From the NCBI GenBank assembly GCA_039208735.1, contig JBCCQY010000178.1, forward strand, positions 1 through 18,918: a stretch of 18,918 bases of DNA, given 5' to 3'. The translations under genes were made by a program, and so were the position numbers. Shown piece by piece: positions 1 to 7,279 of the stretch. The stretch comes from Myxococcota bacterium (lineage in GTDB: Bacteria > Myxococcota_A > UBA796 > GCA-2862545). Within the stretch, counting starts at the first letter, position 1, and each line of letters opens with the position of its first letter. A model generated the notes under the pieces. The model was given only the letters and a program-made list of their open reading frames with translations. It was not told where the DNA came from and did no database searches.

Positions 1-1284
1 GACGAAAGATTGGCGGCGCTGCTCGGCCCGAGCTGTCAACCAGGTGTCGATCTGCCACGCCACCCCGATGATGCCGAAGACCAGCAAGCCGCCGGCCACC
101 AAGGCTCCTGTGCGCAAACGAGGTTCGTTGCGGAGCCGATTGATCATCGGCTTCAGTGTGCGAGCGGCCTCTCCGGTAAGGCTCGCCACCACGGCGGGAG
201 CGGGATCTTCCCTGATCTTGTCATCGCCCCGACGTGCGGGCACTCGGGTTTCGGCAAGGGCTGGCGGTACGCTTTCGTCTGAAAGCAACTCTCCCAACCC
301 TTCAGAGGACTCGTCGTCGTCGACGTGCGTGGCGGCGTCTGCCTCATCGTCTGGCTCATCCTCGAGGATGCCCTCGAGAAGGTCTGCGGCGAGTTCGGGG
401 GGCGCCTGGGTGACGGTGTCGGTGTCATCGGCCTCGCCTTCACCCGATCCCCACGCTTCGGGCGACGCCCGCGTTTCTTCGAGCCTCGGGACGGGCTGGA
501 CCGTATCGGCGTCGAAGTCGGCCTTGGGCGTAGGGGGAACCACCGTGATCATGGACTTCAGATCCTGATCGTCGCCCTTCTTTCGCACCAAGGTCTCGAG
601 TTCACCCAGGTCGACCGGCGCCGTCTTCTTGATGACGGTTTCGAGATCGCCGATGCCCTCTTCGGGATCGTCGGCGGGCGCGTTGAAGGGCGTCAGCGGT
701 TCGGGGCCATCGGGTGGGTCAAGCACCGGCACGGGGCCTGGCCCATCCAGCACGGGCTCGGATTCAGGCGGGGACTCGGCCTCACCCGCGGCTTCGACGG
801 CGGCTCCATCCGATCCCGAATCGTCATCGGCAGGAAAGTCGACCTCGTCGCTTTCGACCGGACGACCAGGCCACGCAGAATCATGCACGGTGGCCATGTC
901 CGCTTCATCAAAGAGGTCGAACTCTTCCACCGAGCCCTCTTCGTGTTGCACCCCAGGCGTCGCCGCGATGTCGATCGAGGCACTCGTGGGATCTTCGAAC
1001 ACCCGTCCAGGGCCCCGATCGTCCTTCACGGTAGGCGGATCGTCCGCCTCGCTTTCTGAGGGCTCAGCGATCGAGAACACCGACTCAGCCGCGTTGGGCT
1101 CATTCGGATTCGCGGCATTGAGCACCTCACGGCCTTGTTCGACCGTGATGAGTTGCCAAGTGATGAGGTGTTCGACGAACGCCGCCAGGTCGGGGTGCTC
1201 GACCTCGAGACACCACTCCGCATAGACCCGTTCAAGGTCCTGGTCGACGAATTCGACGATCGAGGTCAGGGGTTCGGGGAGCAT
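1..1284 (-). CDS. Hypothetical acidic low-complexity single-pass membrane protein, partial (runs off the left edge, 3' end missing)
   Basis: Not in the ORF track because there is no stop in the window. Manual translation from ATG at 1284 (MLPEPLTSIVEFVDQDLERVYAEW...) stays open for 428 codons to base 1. It has a small helical N-terminus, a long D/E/P-rich linker, then a hydrophobic helix (ALVAGGLLVFGIIGVAW, ~105-54). It lies 45 bp downstream of the thioredoxin on the same strand. Confidence 0.85.
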   Translation of the reverse strand, partial: MLPEPLTSIVEFVDQDLERVYAEWCLEVEHPDLAAFVEHLITWQLITVEQGREVLNAANPNEPNAAESVFSIAEPSESEADDPPTVKDDRGPGRVFEDPTSASIDIAATPGVQHEEGSVEEFDLFDEADMATVHDSAWPGRPVESDEVDFPADDDSGSDGAAVEAAGEAESPPESEPVLDGPGPVPVLDPPDGPEPLTPFNAPADDPEEGIGDLETVIKKTAPVDLGELETLVRKKGDDQDLKSMITVVPPTPKADFDADTVQPVPRLEETRASPEAWGSGEGEADDTDTVTQAPPELAADLLEGILEDEPDDEADAATHVDDDESSEGLGELLSDESVPPALAETRVPARRGDDKIREDPAPAVVASLTGEAARTLKPMINRLRNEPRLRTGALVAGGLLVFGIIGVAWQIDTWLTARAEQRRQSFV

Positions 1285-1329
1285 GTGCCCGCCCTTAACT
1301 GCCTGTGGCCCGAATTCGTGGACCACTCG

Positions 1330-1656
1330 TCACAGGTGGGAACCGACGAGGCGCCGTAGCGCTTGCAAACCGCCCTGGGCCCCCTTCTGGCGACCCACTT
1401 CCTGACCGCCCTTGAGGACGACCAACGTGGGCATCGCCTGGACCTTGTAGTGCATCGCCGTCTTCATGTTGTCGTGCACGTTCATCTTGACCACGCGCAG
1501 CTGACCCGAGTGCTCAGTGGCAAGCGTCTCGAGGTGTGGGGCGATCGCGACACACGGTGCACAATTGGGACCCCAAAAGTCGATGAGCACGGGAAGCTCG
1601 GACTGCAGGACCTCAGCGTCGAATGTGTCGTCGGTGACTTCTTCCACCTGACCCAT
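1330..1656 (-). CDS. trxA: Thioredoxin family protein (CAPC active site)
   Basis: Thioredoxin signature: VTDDTFDAEVLQSELPVLIDFW..CAPC, VVKMNV, cis-Pro motif AMPTL. Start placed at ATG 1656 because GGAG lies just upstream; the track start is 1671. Confidence 0.9.
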   Translation of the reverse strand: MGQVEEVTDDTFDAEVLQSELPVLIDFWGPNCAPCVAIAPHLETLATEHSGQLRVVKMNVHDNMKTAMHYKVQAMPTLVVLKGGQEVGRQKGAQGGLQALRRLVGSHL

Positions 1657-1818
1657 GAAGGACTCCATCACTCATGGTTCGTTGCAAAGACCGATGCTAT
1701 GCGCTCGGCCGACGGGGAGCAACTCGGCCCCCCGAACCGTCTTCCTATCGTCCGGGAGAGGCGGTCGAGGGTGCTTTGTCGCCCCCTGCTGCGCGAACCC
1801 GGACGTTATGTTCCGGCC

Positions 1819-2625
1819 GTGGATCGACTCCCATACATCGCCGTTCTCGTCGCTTGGGGCATCATCGCGCTCGGGCACTTGCTACCGGACTGGGTCAGCG
1901 AGCGCGTTCGACAGCACCATCGCTCGGTGGCCTGGGTCGCGATCTCCGTGCACGTGGTGACCTTGACCGTCGCATTGCTGTTTAGCGAGGAGCCAACAGG
2001 CTTCCCTGAGGCCTTGTCCGCGATGTCGCTCGGGATTGGCATCGCGTACTTGTCGGTCGCTAGCCACCGATTGCGGGCTTTGGGCATGCTGCTCGCACCG
2101 CTCGCCCTAGTCCTGCTTGGCACCGCGCAGGTCGTTCCCCATCGAACGGTCTCAGCGCTCGACGAAACCGGGTTTTCGGCCTGGCTTCCCATTCACTTGG
2201 GCCTGGTGTTTGCGGGCATTGGAGGCTTCGCGCTGTCCTCGGTGGTGGGGGTCCTCTTCTTGTGGGCACGTCGGCGCCTCAAGCAAAAGAACTTTGCGGG
2301 CATGGCGCGTCTGCCGTCGCTCGAAGTCCTCGATCGCATTCAGTTCCGGGCCATGCTGTTTGGCTTCGTCTTCCTCACCTTGGGGATTGGAGCTGGCGGA
2401 GCCTGGGCCGCCGTGAGCCTTCCGGGCTCGTTTGCCGTGGACCCCAAGATTTGGTTCACGCTCCTGATATGGGCGTGGTATGGGGCGGCGCTGCAAGTGC
2501 GGCTCGTCGCGGGGCGCCGGGGACGCTGGACTGCCCTGTTCTCGATTGTTGGGTTTGCGGGTTTGCTCTTCAGCCTGATCGGTCTGAACTTCCTGATCTC
2601 GGGATGGCATGCGTATGGAGGCTGA
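1819..2625 (+). CDS. CcsA/HemX-like cytochrome c assembly family membrane protein
   Basis: About 8 hydrophobic segments. Motifs WLPIHLG, LPSLEVLDRI, FLTLGIGAGGAWA, DPK..TLLIW.WY and C-terminal GWHAY. Directly upstream of hemA. The track ORF from 1363 is over-extended across the antisense thioredoxin; the in-frame GTG at 1819 (MDRLPYIAVL) is more plausible. Confidence 0.85.
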   Translation: MDRLPYIAVLVAWGIIALGHLLPDWVSERVRQHHRSVAWVAISVHVVTLTVALLFSEEPTGFPEALSAMSLGIGIAYLSVASHRLRALGMLLAPLALVLLGTAQVVPHRTVSALDETGFSAWLPIHLGLVFAGIGGFALSSVVGVLFLWARRRLKQKNFAGMARLPSLEVLDRIQFRAMLFGFVFLTLGIGAGGAWAAVSLPGSFAVDPKIWFTLLIWAWYGAALQVRLVAGRRGRWTALFSIVGFAGLLFSLIGLNFLISGWHAYGG

Positions 2626-3880
2626 AGGCCAGCGACTGATGGCGGTGGGGTTGTCCCATCACACCGCTCCGGTTGAGGTGCGCGAACGGCTCGCCCTCGA
2701 CGAAGCGGGGGTCCGAATGACCCTCGACCGGCTTCGTCAGGACGACGTCGTCGAAGAGGCGTTCCTCTTGTCCACGTGCAACCGCGTCGAGCTGTACTCG
2801 GTCCCTCGCTCCGTCGAGGCGCTGCAGCAGTACTACGGCAGTTTCCGTGGTCCCGAAGGGGAGCGGATCGACAGCCATCTGTACTGGTACCAGGGACGAG
2901 AGGCGATCCGGCACTTGTTCCGAGTCGCATCGTCCCTCGACAGCCTCGTTGTCGGTGAGCCTCAGATCCTCGGTCAGGTCAAAACCGCGATCCGCATCGC
3001 CGGCGAAAGCGAAGCGTTGGGACGCGTGTTGCATCCGCTCACCCAACGCACCATGTCGGTGGCGAAGAAGGTTCGCAACACCACCGAAATCGGCAAGTCA
3101 CGCGTGGGCATCGGCAACGCCGGGGTCGACCTGGCCATGCAGATCTTCGGCGACCTCGAAGGCAAGCGCTGCATGCTCGTGGGCGTCGGCGAGATGGGTC
3201 GACAGGTAGCCGTCGCGTTGCTTTCGGCGGGACTCGACGAGCTGCTCATCGCCAACCGCACCTTCGAAAAGTCGGTCGCGCTCGCCTCGGAGTACGGGGG
3301 CACTCCCGTCCCTTACGACCGCATGCGGGACTACCTGCCTCGGGCCGACATCGTGTTGACCGCAACCGGGGCAAAACAACCGATCGTCACCTTACCCATG
3401 GTCCGACGGGCCCTGCGCAGCCGCCGCTACGAAACGATGTTCCTCATCGACCTATCGGTGCCCCGAAACATCGAAGCGCGCGTCGACGAACTTGGCGATG
3501 CCTACCTGTTCAACGTCGATGACCTTTCTCGGGTGGTCGAAGAGGGCAAGCAGGCCCGAGCCGAGGCCGCCGAACGCGCGCTTCAGCTCGTCGACACCGA
3601 AGCCGATCGCTTTCTCGCTTCACTCGGCCAGGTCCAACTCAATGGCGACATCGCTGAAATGACCGCGGCAGCTGAAGCACTGCGCATCGCCGAAATCGCC
3701 AGAAGCAAGAAGCTTGTGTCGGGGTTCGATGCAAGCCAACAGAAGGCCTTCGAAGCCTTCACCAAGGCCCTTGTGAAAAAGCTCATGCACCGGCCCACCA
3801 TGGCGGTGCGGCAGGCTGTGAAGACGGGCGATTTTGAACGCGCCCGAATCCTTCTCGATCCCTGGAAGACAGAAGAATGA
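2609..3880 (+). CDS. hemA: Glutamyl-tRNA reductase
   Basis: GLSHHTAPVEVRE, catalytic STCNRVE, SSLDSLVVGEPQILGQVK, NADPH-binding GVGEMG, IDLSVPRNI. The start could instead be ATG 2615 or 2639. Confidence 0.97.
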   Translation: MRMEAEGQRLMAVGLSHHTAPVEVRERLALDEAGVRMTLDRLRQDDVVEEAFLLSTCNRVELYSVPRSVEALQQYYGSFRGPEGERIDSHLYWYQGREAIRHLFRVASSLDSLVVGEPQILGQVKTAIRIAGESEALGRVLHPLTQRTMSVAKKVRNTTEIGKSRVGIGNAGVDLAMQIFGDLEGKRCMLVGVGEMGRQVAVALLSAGLDELLIANRTFEKSVALASEYGGTPVPYDRMRDYLPRADIVLTATGAKQPIVTLPMVRRALRSRRYETMFLIDLSVPRNIEARVDELGDAYLFNVDDLSRVVEEGKQARAEAAERALQLVDTEADRFLASLGQVQLNGDIAEMTAAAEALRIAEIARSKKLVSGFDASQQKAFEAFTKALVKKLMHRPTMAVRQAVKTGDFERARILLDPWKTEE

Positions 3881-4755
3881 CGCAACGCTTGCGCCTCGGC
3901 ACCCGAGGCAGCCAGCTCGCGGTGACCCAGTCTGGTCACGTGGCCGAGGCGGTCACCCGGGCCACCGGGGTCGAGGTCGAGCTCGTGATCATCAAGACCA
4001 AGGGCGACCGCGTGACGGATCGGCCGCTCCAGGCCGTGGGGGGCAAAGGCCTCTTCACGAAGGAGATCGAGGACGCGCTGCTCGCCCAAGAGGTCGACTT
4101 CGCAGTGCACTCGATGAAGGACATGCCGACGGAGAACCCAGAGGGGCTCGTGATCAGCACCGTCCCCGAGCGGGTCGACCCGCGTGATGCACTCGTAGGT
4201 GGCGTGCTGGCCGACTTGCCTTCGGGCGCGAAGATCGGAACCGGCTCGGTTCGACGGGCCCTGCAGTTGCGCCTGCGTCGTCCCGATCTCGAGATCGCGG
4301 GCATCCGCGGCAACGTCGACACCCGCATCGCCAAGCAGCGTGCCGGCGAGTACGATGCCATCGTGTTGGCCATGGCGGGGCTGACGCGACTCGGACGGGC
4401 CGATGATGCCACCGAGCCCCTTGCGATCGACACGATGATCCCGGCGGTGGGTCAGGGCGCTCTCGCCGTGCAGTGCCGCCGAGAGGACGCCAGCACCCAA
4501 CAGATCCTCGCCAAGATCCACGACGAGCGTTCCGCCATCTGCGTCGAAGCCGAGCGGGCCTTCCTCACCGAGGTGAGTGGGGGTTGTAGCGCTCCGGCCG
4601 CCTGCCACGCACGCCTCGTGGATGGCAACGTAGTGGTGTCGGGAGTGTGGGCGGTCGACGAACACGGCACGCCCAAGCACCTTCAACTCTCCGGCGACCC
4701 GCTGCATGTCGAGACGATGGGCCGGGAACTCGCCCAACGCCTCATGTCAGCCTGA
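3877..4755 (+). CDS. hemC: Porphobilinogen deaminase (hydroxymethylbilane synthase)
   Basis: LGTRGSQLA, GGKGLFTKEIE, AVHSMKDMP, GTGSVRR, IRGNVDTR, cofactor Cys in GGCSAP. ATGA overlap with the hemA stop. Confidence 0.97.
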   Translation: MTQRLRLGTRGSQLAVTQSGHVAEAVTRATGVEVELVIIKTKGDRVTDRPLQAVGGKGLFTKEIEDALLAQEVDFAVHSMKDMPTENPEGLVISTVPERVDPRDALVGGVLADLPSGAKIGTGSVRRALQLRLRRPDLEIAGIRGNVDTRIAKQRAGEYDAIVLAMAGLTRLGRADDATEPLAIDTMIPAVGQGALAVQCRREDASTQQILAKIHDERSAICVEAERAFLTEVSGGCSAPAACHARLVDGNVVVSGVWAVDEHGTPKHLQLSGDPLHVETMGRELAQRLMSA

Positions 4756-6156
4756 TGCTCGCTTGACGAGCCGCTCCACCTGCGCGGCGAGAGTGTCGCT
4801 GACCCGCACCACAGGTGCGCGTCCCGGTTCAAGGGTCGAGAGGCTCGAAAGGGCATGCTCCCGCGTCTCGGCGAGCGAAGGCAGAGGGAGACGGCCTGCC
4901 TCCCGTGTCCACACCGTGTCCAGCAAGGGCTGCCCTTCCAAAGACTCGTCGGCCTGTCCGACCACATCGCCCCGAGGCGTGCGCCACACCTGAATGCGAC
5001 CGGGAAGCGAAGCCTTGGCCGAGCCCCGCGAAAGCTTCATGGTGACCCGCCCGGCCACCTCCGCGAGCTTGGCCACGGCCCCCACCCCCACCGGAGCATC
5101 CGGGCTCTGCACGATGCGCTCGCCGATTCCGTAGCCATCAACCGGAGCATCCCGCAGCTCGCGAATTCGATGCTCGTCGAGCCCGCCCGAGATCACGATC
5201 CGGGTCTGCGTGGCCCCCAGTTCGTCGAGCAACCGGCGCGCACGCACCAGGGTCTCGGTCGACAATTGGCTGTCGATGCGGATGCCCCAGGGCCCCTGAC
5301 CATCGGTGGCCGCGACGGCAGCGCGAATGCCCGTCGATGCCCCAAACGTGTCGTAGGTGTCGACGAGCAGGACATCGTTGCTGGGATAGAGCTTGTGGAA
5401 CGCCCGGAAGTAGGCCTGTTCGGTCGCGCCACGAGACTGGTCGGCCTGCTCAGATGCCTGGATCGCAAAGTGGTCCATGGTCCCAGAAATCGGCACGCCG
5501 TAGCGCACATGGGCCTCGACGTTTGATGTCGCCGTACACCCGCCGATGTAGGCCGCCACTGCGGCATCGACGGCCGCATCGGGATGGGTCCGTCGGCTGC
5601 CAAACTCGAGCACCGCCCGATCCGAATCGAGGGACCGGGCCGCCGCCACGACTTCGTACGCCTTGCTGGCCACCATCGTCATCGCGTTGAGAATGGACAA
5701 CAACGGCGTCTCGATCAGCTTCGCGGACAGCAGATCGGTGGTGATCTCCAAGTAGGGCGCGTAGGCGGCCGGATGAACCCCCTCGATGGTGAAGGGTTCG
5801 CCGTCCATGCGCACCGCAGGGTTTGCGAACAACGGGGTTCCTTCCCGAGGCGCCCGGATGTGGCCCTGAAATCGCCAGTTGGCGAGCCGCTCCACTAGAT
5901 CGGGGTGGGCCGCAAGCGCGGGTCCCAACTGCGGATGCGCCCCCAAATCCGCCAGTGCATCGCGAGAGAACCGTGCCCGTTCGAGGTGTTCGAGGCAACG
6001 AGCAAGCCCCGCGAACACCAAAGCTCGCCGAATCGGCTTGCCTTCAGGGCCCTGAGGCAGCCGCCGCGAAAACACGTGCAGCACCACCTCATCGCCGCTG
6101 CGGCCTGCCGCGTGGAGCGGCACGAGAGACGTGAGCTGGTAAAGGTCAATCTGCAC
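4747..6156 (-). CDS. pncB: Nicotinate phosphoribosyltransferase
   Basis: DLYQLT, LIETPLL, EFGSRRTH, TSNV, GTMDH (phospho-His region), LVDTYD, GIRIDS, SGGLDE, KASLPG. Start set at GTG 6156 (GGAG 5 nt upstream, giving MQIDLYQLT). ATG 6192 is an alternative. Confidence 0.9.
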   Translation of the reverse strand: MQIDLYQLTSLVPLHAAGRSGDEVVLHVFSRRLPQGPEGKPIRRALVFAGLARCLEHLERARFSRDALADLGAHPQLGPALAAHPDLVERLANWRFQGHIRAPREGTPLFANPAVRMDGEPFTIEGVHPAAYAPYLEITTDLLSAKLIETPLLSILNAMTMVASKAYEVVAAARSLDSDRAVLEFGSRRTHPDAAVDAAVAAYIGGCTATSNVEAHVRYGVPISGTMDHFAIQASEQADQSRGATEQAYFRAFHKLYPSNDVLLVDTYDTFGASTGIRAAVAATDGQGPWGIRIDSQLSTETLVRARRLLDELGATQTRIVISGGLDEHRIRELRDAPVDGYGIGERIVQSPDAPVGVGAVAKLAEVAGRVTMKLSRGSAKASLPGRIQVWRTPRGDVVGQADESLEGQPLLDTVWTREAGRLPLPSLAETREHALSSLSTLEPGRAPVVRVSDTLAAQVERLVKRASG

Positions 6157-6168
6157 GGGAACTCCAGC

Positions 6169-6189
6169 TTTGATGCTATGTGCATCTAA
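6169..6189. promoter_or_regulatory. Candidate operator 1: 21-bp imperfect palindrome TTTGATGC-TATGT-GCATCTAA
   Basis: The 8-bp arms are complementary at 7 of 8 positions. It is AT-rich in a GC-rich context, lies between divergent pncB and pncA, and recurs 44 bp downstream. Confidence 0.65.
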
Positions 6190-6212
6190 CATTCTGGGCA
6201 GGTCCTTCCAAC

Positions 6213-6233
6213 TTTGATACGAATCGCATCTAA
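6213..6233. promoter_or_regulatory. Candidate operator 2: 21-bp imperfect palindrome TTTGATAC-GAATC-GCATCTAA
   Basis: 16/21 identical to the 6169-6189 site, with the arms conserved and the spacer diverged. It ends 7 nt before the pncA ribosome-binding site AAGGAG. Confidence 0.65.
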
Positions 6234-6251
6234 GCAATGCAAGGAGCCACC

Positions 6252-7049
6252 ATGTCGATCCACCTGCTGATCGTCGACCCTCAACATGACTTCTGCGATC
6301 CCAAGGGCTCCCTCTCGGTCCCGGGCGCCGACGAGGACATGGCTCGACTCGCAGGTTGGGTACGCCGGTATGGGCCTACCATCGAGGCCGTTACCGTGAC
6401 CCTCGATAGCCATCGCCCACTCGACATCGCTCACCCCACCTGGTTCACGGACGGCGAAGGCCGGGCTCCCGATCCGTTCACCCAAATCGACGGTGAAGAT
6501 TTCCGAACGGGCCGCTGGTCAACGCGAGATGCGGCCGCTCGGGCCCGAACCCTGCGGTACCTCGATGCACTGGCGGTCCGCGGCCGCTACGCCCACACCA
6601 TTTGGCCCGAGCACTGCCTGCTGGGCACCCTCGGCCACACGGTTGCCCCAGAGCTGAACGCTGCCCTGCAGGACTTCAGCCGGTCTCGACCTACGGTCGT
6701 CGAGTACGTCATCAAGGGACTCGACCCGTTCACCGAACACTTTTCGGCCATTGCAGCGGAAGTTCCCGATCCTTTGGCGCCAAGCACCCTCCGCAACCAG
6801 CCGCTCCTCGATCGCTTGGCCCAAGCCGATCACCTGGTGGTGGCAGGCGAAGCAAGCTCGCACTGCGTGGCGAATACCGTCCGCGACATCGTCGCGATGA
6901 TCGATGATGCCCGGCGGCCCGCAATGACGCTGCTTACCGACGCGATGTCACCTGTGCCCGGCTTCGAGAACTATGCCGAGGCCTTCCTCTCGGACATGGC
7001 AGCGGCCGGCGTAGCCCATCGGACGACAGAGTGGACACCGTCAGCGTGA
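6252..7049 (+). CDS. pncA: Nicotinamidase (isochorismatase-like cysteine hydrolase)
   Basis: IVDPQHDFC (catalytic Asp), metal ligands in DSH and WPEHC, catalytic Lys in IKG, GEASSHCV (catalytic Cys). AAGGAG RBS before ATG 6252. Divergent from pncB. Confidence 0.88.
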   Translation: MSIHLLIVDPQHDFCDPKGSLSVPGADEDMARLAGWVRRYGPTIEAVTVTLDSHRPLDIAHPTWFTDGEGRAPDPFTQIDGEDFRTGRWSTRDAAARARTLRYLDALAVRGRYAHTIWPEHCLLGTLGHTVAPELNAALQDFSRSRPTVVEYVIKGLDPFTEHFSAIAAEVPDPLAPSTLRNQPLLDRLAQADHLVVAGEASSHCVANTVRDIVAMIDDARRPAMTLLTDAMSPVPGFENYAEAFLSDMAAAGVAHRTTEWTPSA

Positions 7050-7217
7050 CGCGCTGTAGACCGCGCCAAGCGTCAGCCCCACGCCAGAGCCCAGCCCAGA
7101 CCCGAACACAAGGCCCATCCCCACGTCGCCGAACAGCGCCCCCACGCAGATCCCGATCGACGTGCCAAGACTGCTTCCCAGCACCATTCCAATCGCGATG
7201 GCGTTGTTGCGATTCAA
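7041..7217 (-). CDS. Small glycine-zipper membrane protein, 58 aa (not in ORF track)
   Basis: TTG start at 7217 preceded by AAGGGGG. Translation: MNRNNAIAIGMVLGSSLGTSIGICVGALFGDVGMGLVFGSGLGSGVGLTLGAVYSASR*. Two hydrophobic helices with Gly every fourth residue. It fills the gap between pncA and hemD. Confidence 0.75.
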   Translation of the reverse strand: MNRNNAIAIGMVLGSSLGTSIGICVGALFGDVGMGLVFGSGLGSGVGLTLGAVYSASR

Positions 7218-7279
7218 AGCTGCCCCCTTGTTCTTCCGCAGTGGGCGTACGAAGAAGCGAACCGACTATTTCATCGGCC

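Noticed and set aside
10..1359. Several plus-strand ORFs (44-568, 325-1059, 629-1225)
   Set aside because: Shadows of the real minus-strand acidic protein that runs off the window edge.
1363..1818. N-terminal extension of the 420-aa track ORF
   Set aside because: It is antisense to the thioredoxin and crosses the intergenic region. CcsA-like hydrophobic sequence starts only at ~1819.
6169..6233. The two 21-bp repeats as a mini CRISPR array or transposon ends
   Set aside because: Only two degenerate copies with a 23-bp gap, and no cas or transposase genes. Their position fits operators.
4747..7049. pncA/pncB as a phage-type NAD reconstitution (anti-defence) or defence island
   Set aside because: No phage, integrase, sirtuin, TIR or ADPR-PP synthetase genes are nearby. 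A standard Preiss-Handler salvage pair is sufficient to explain them.
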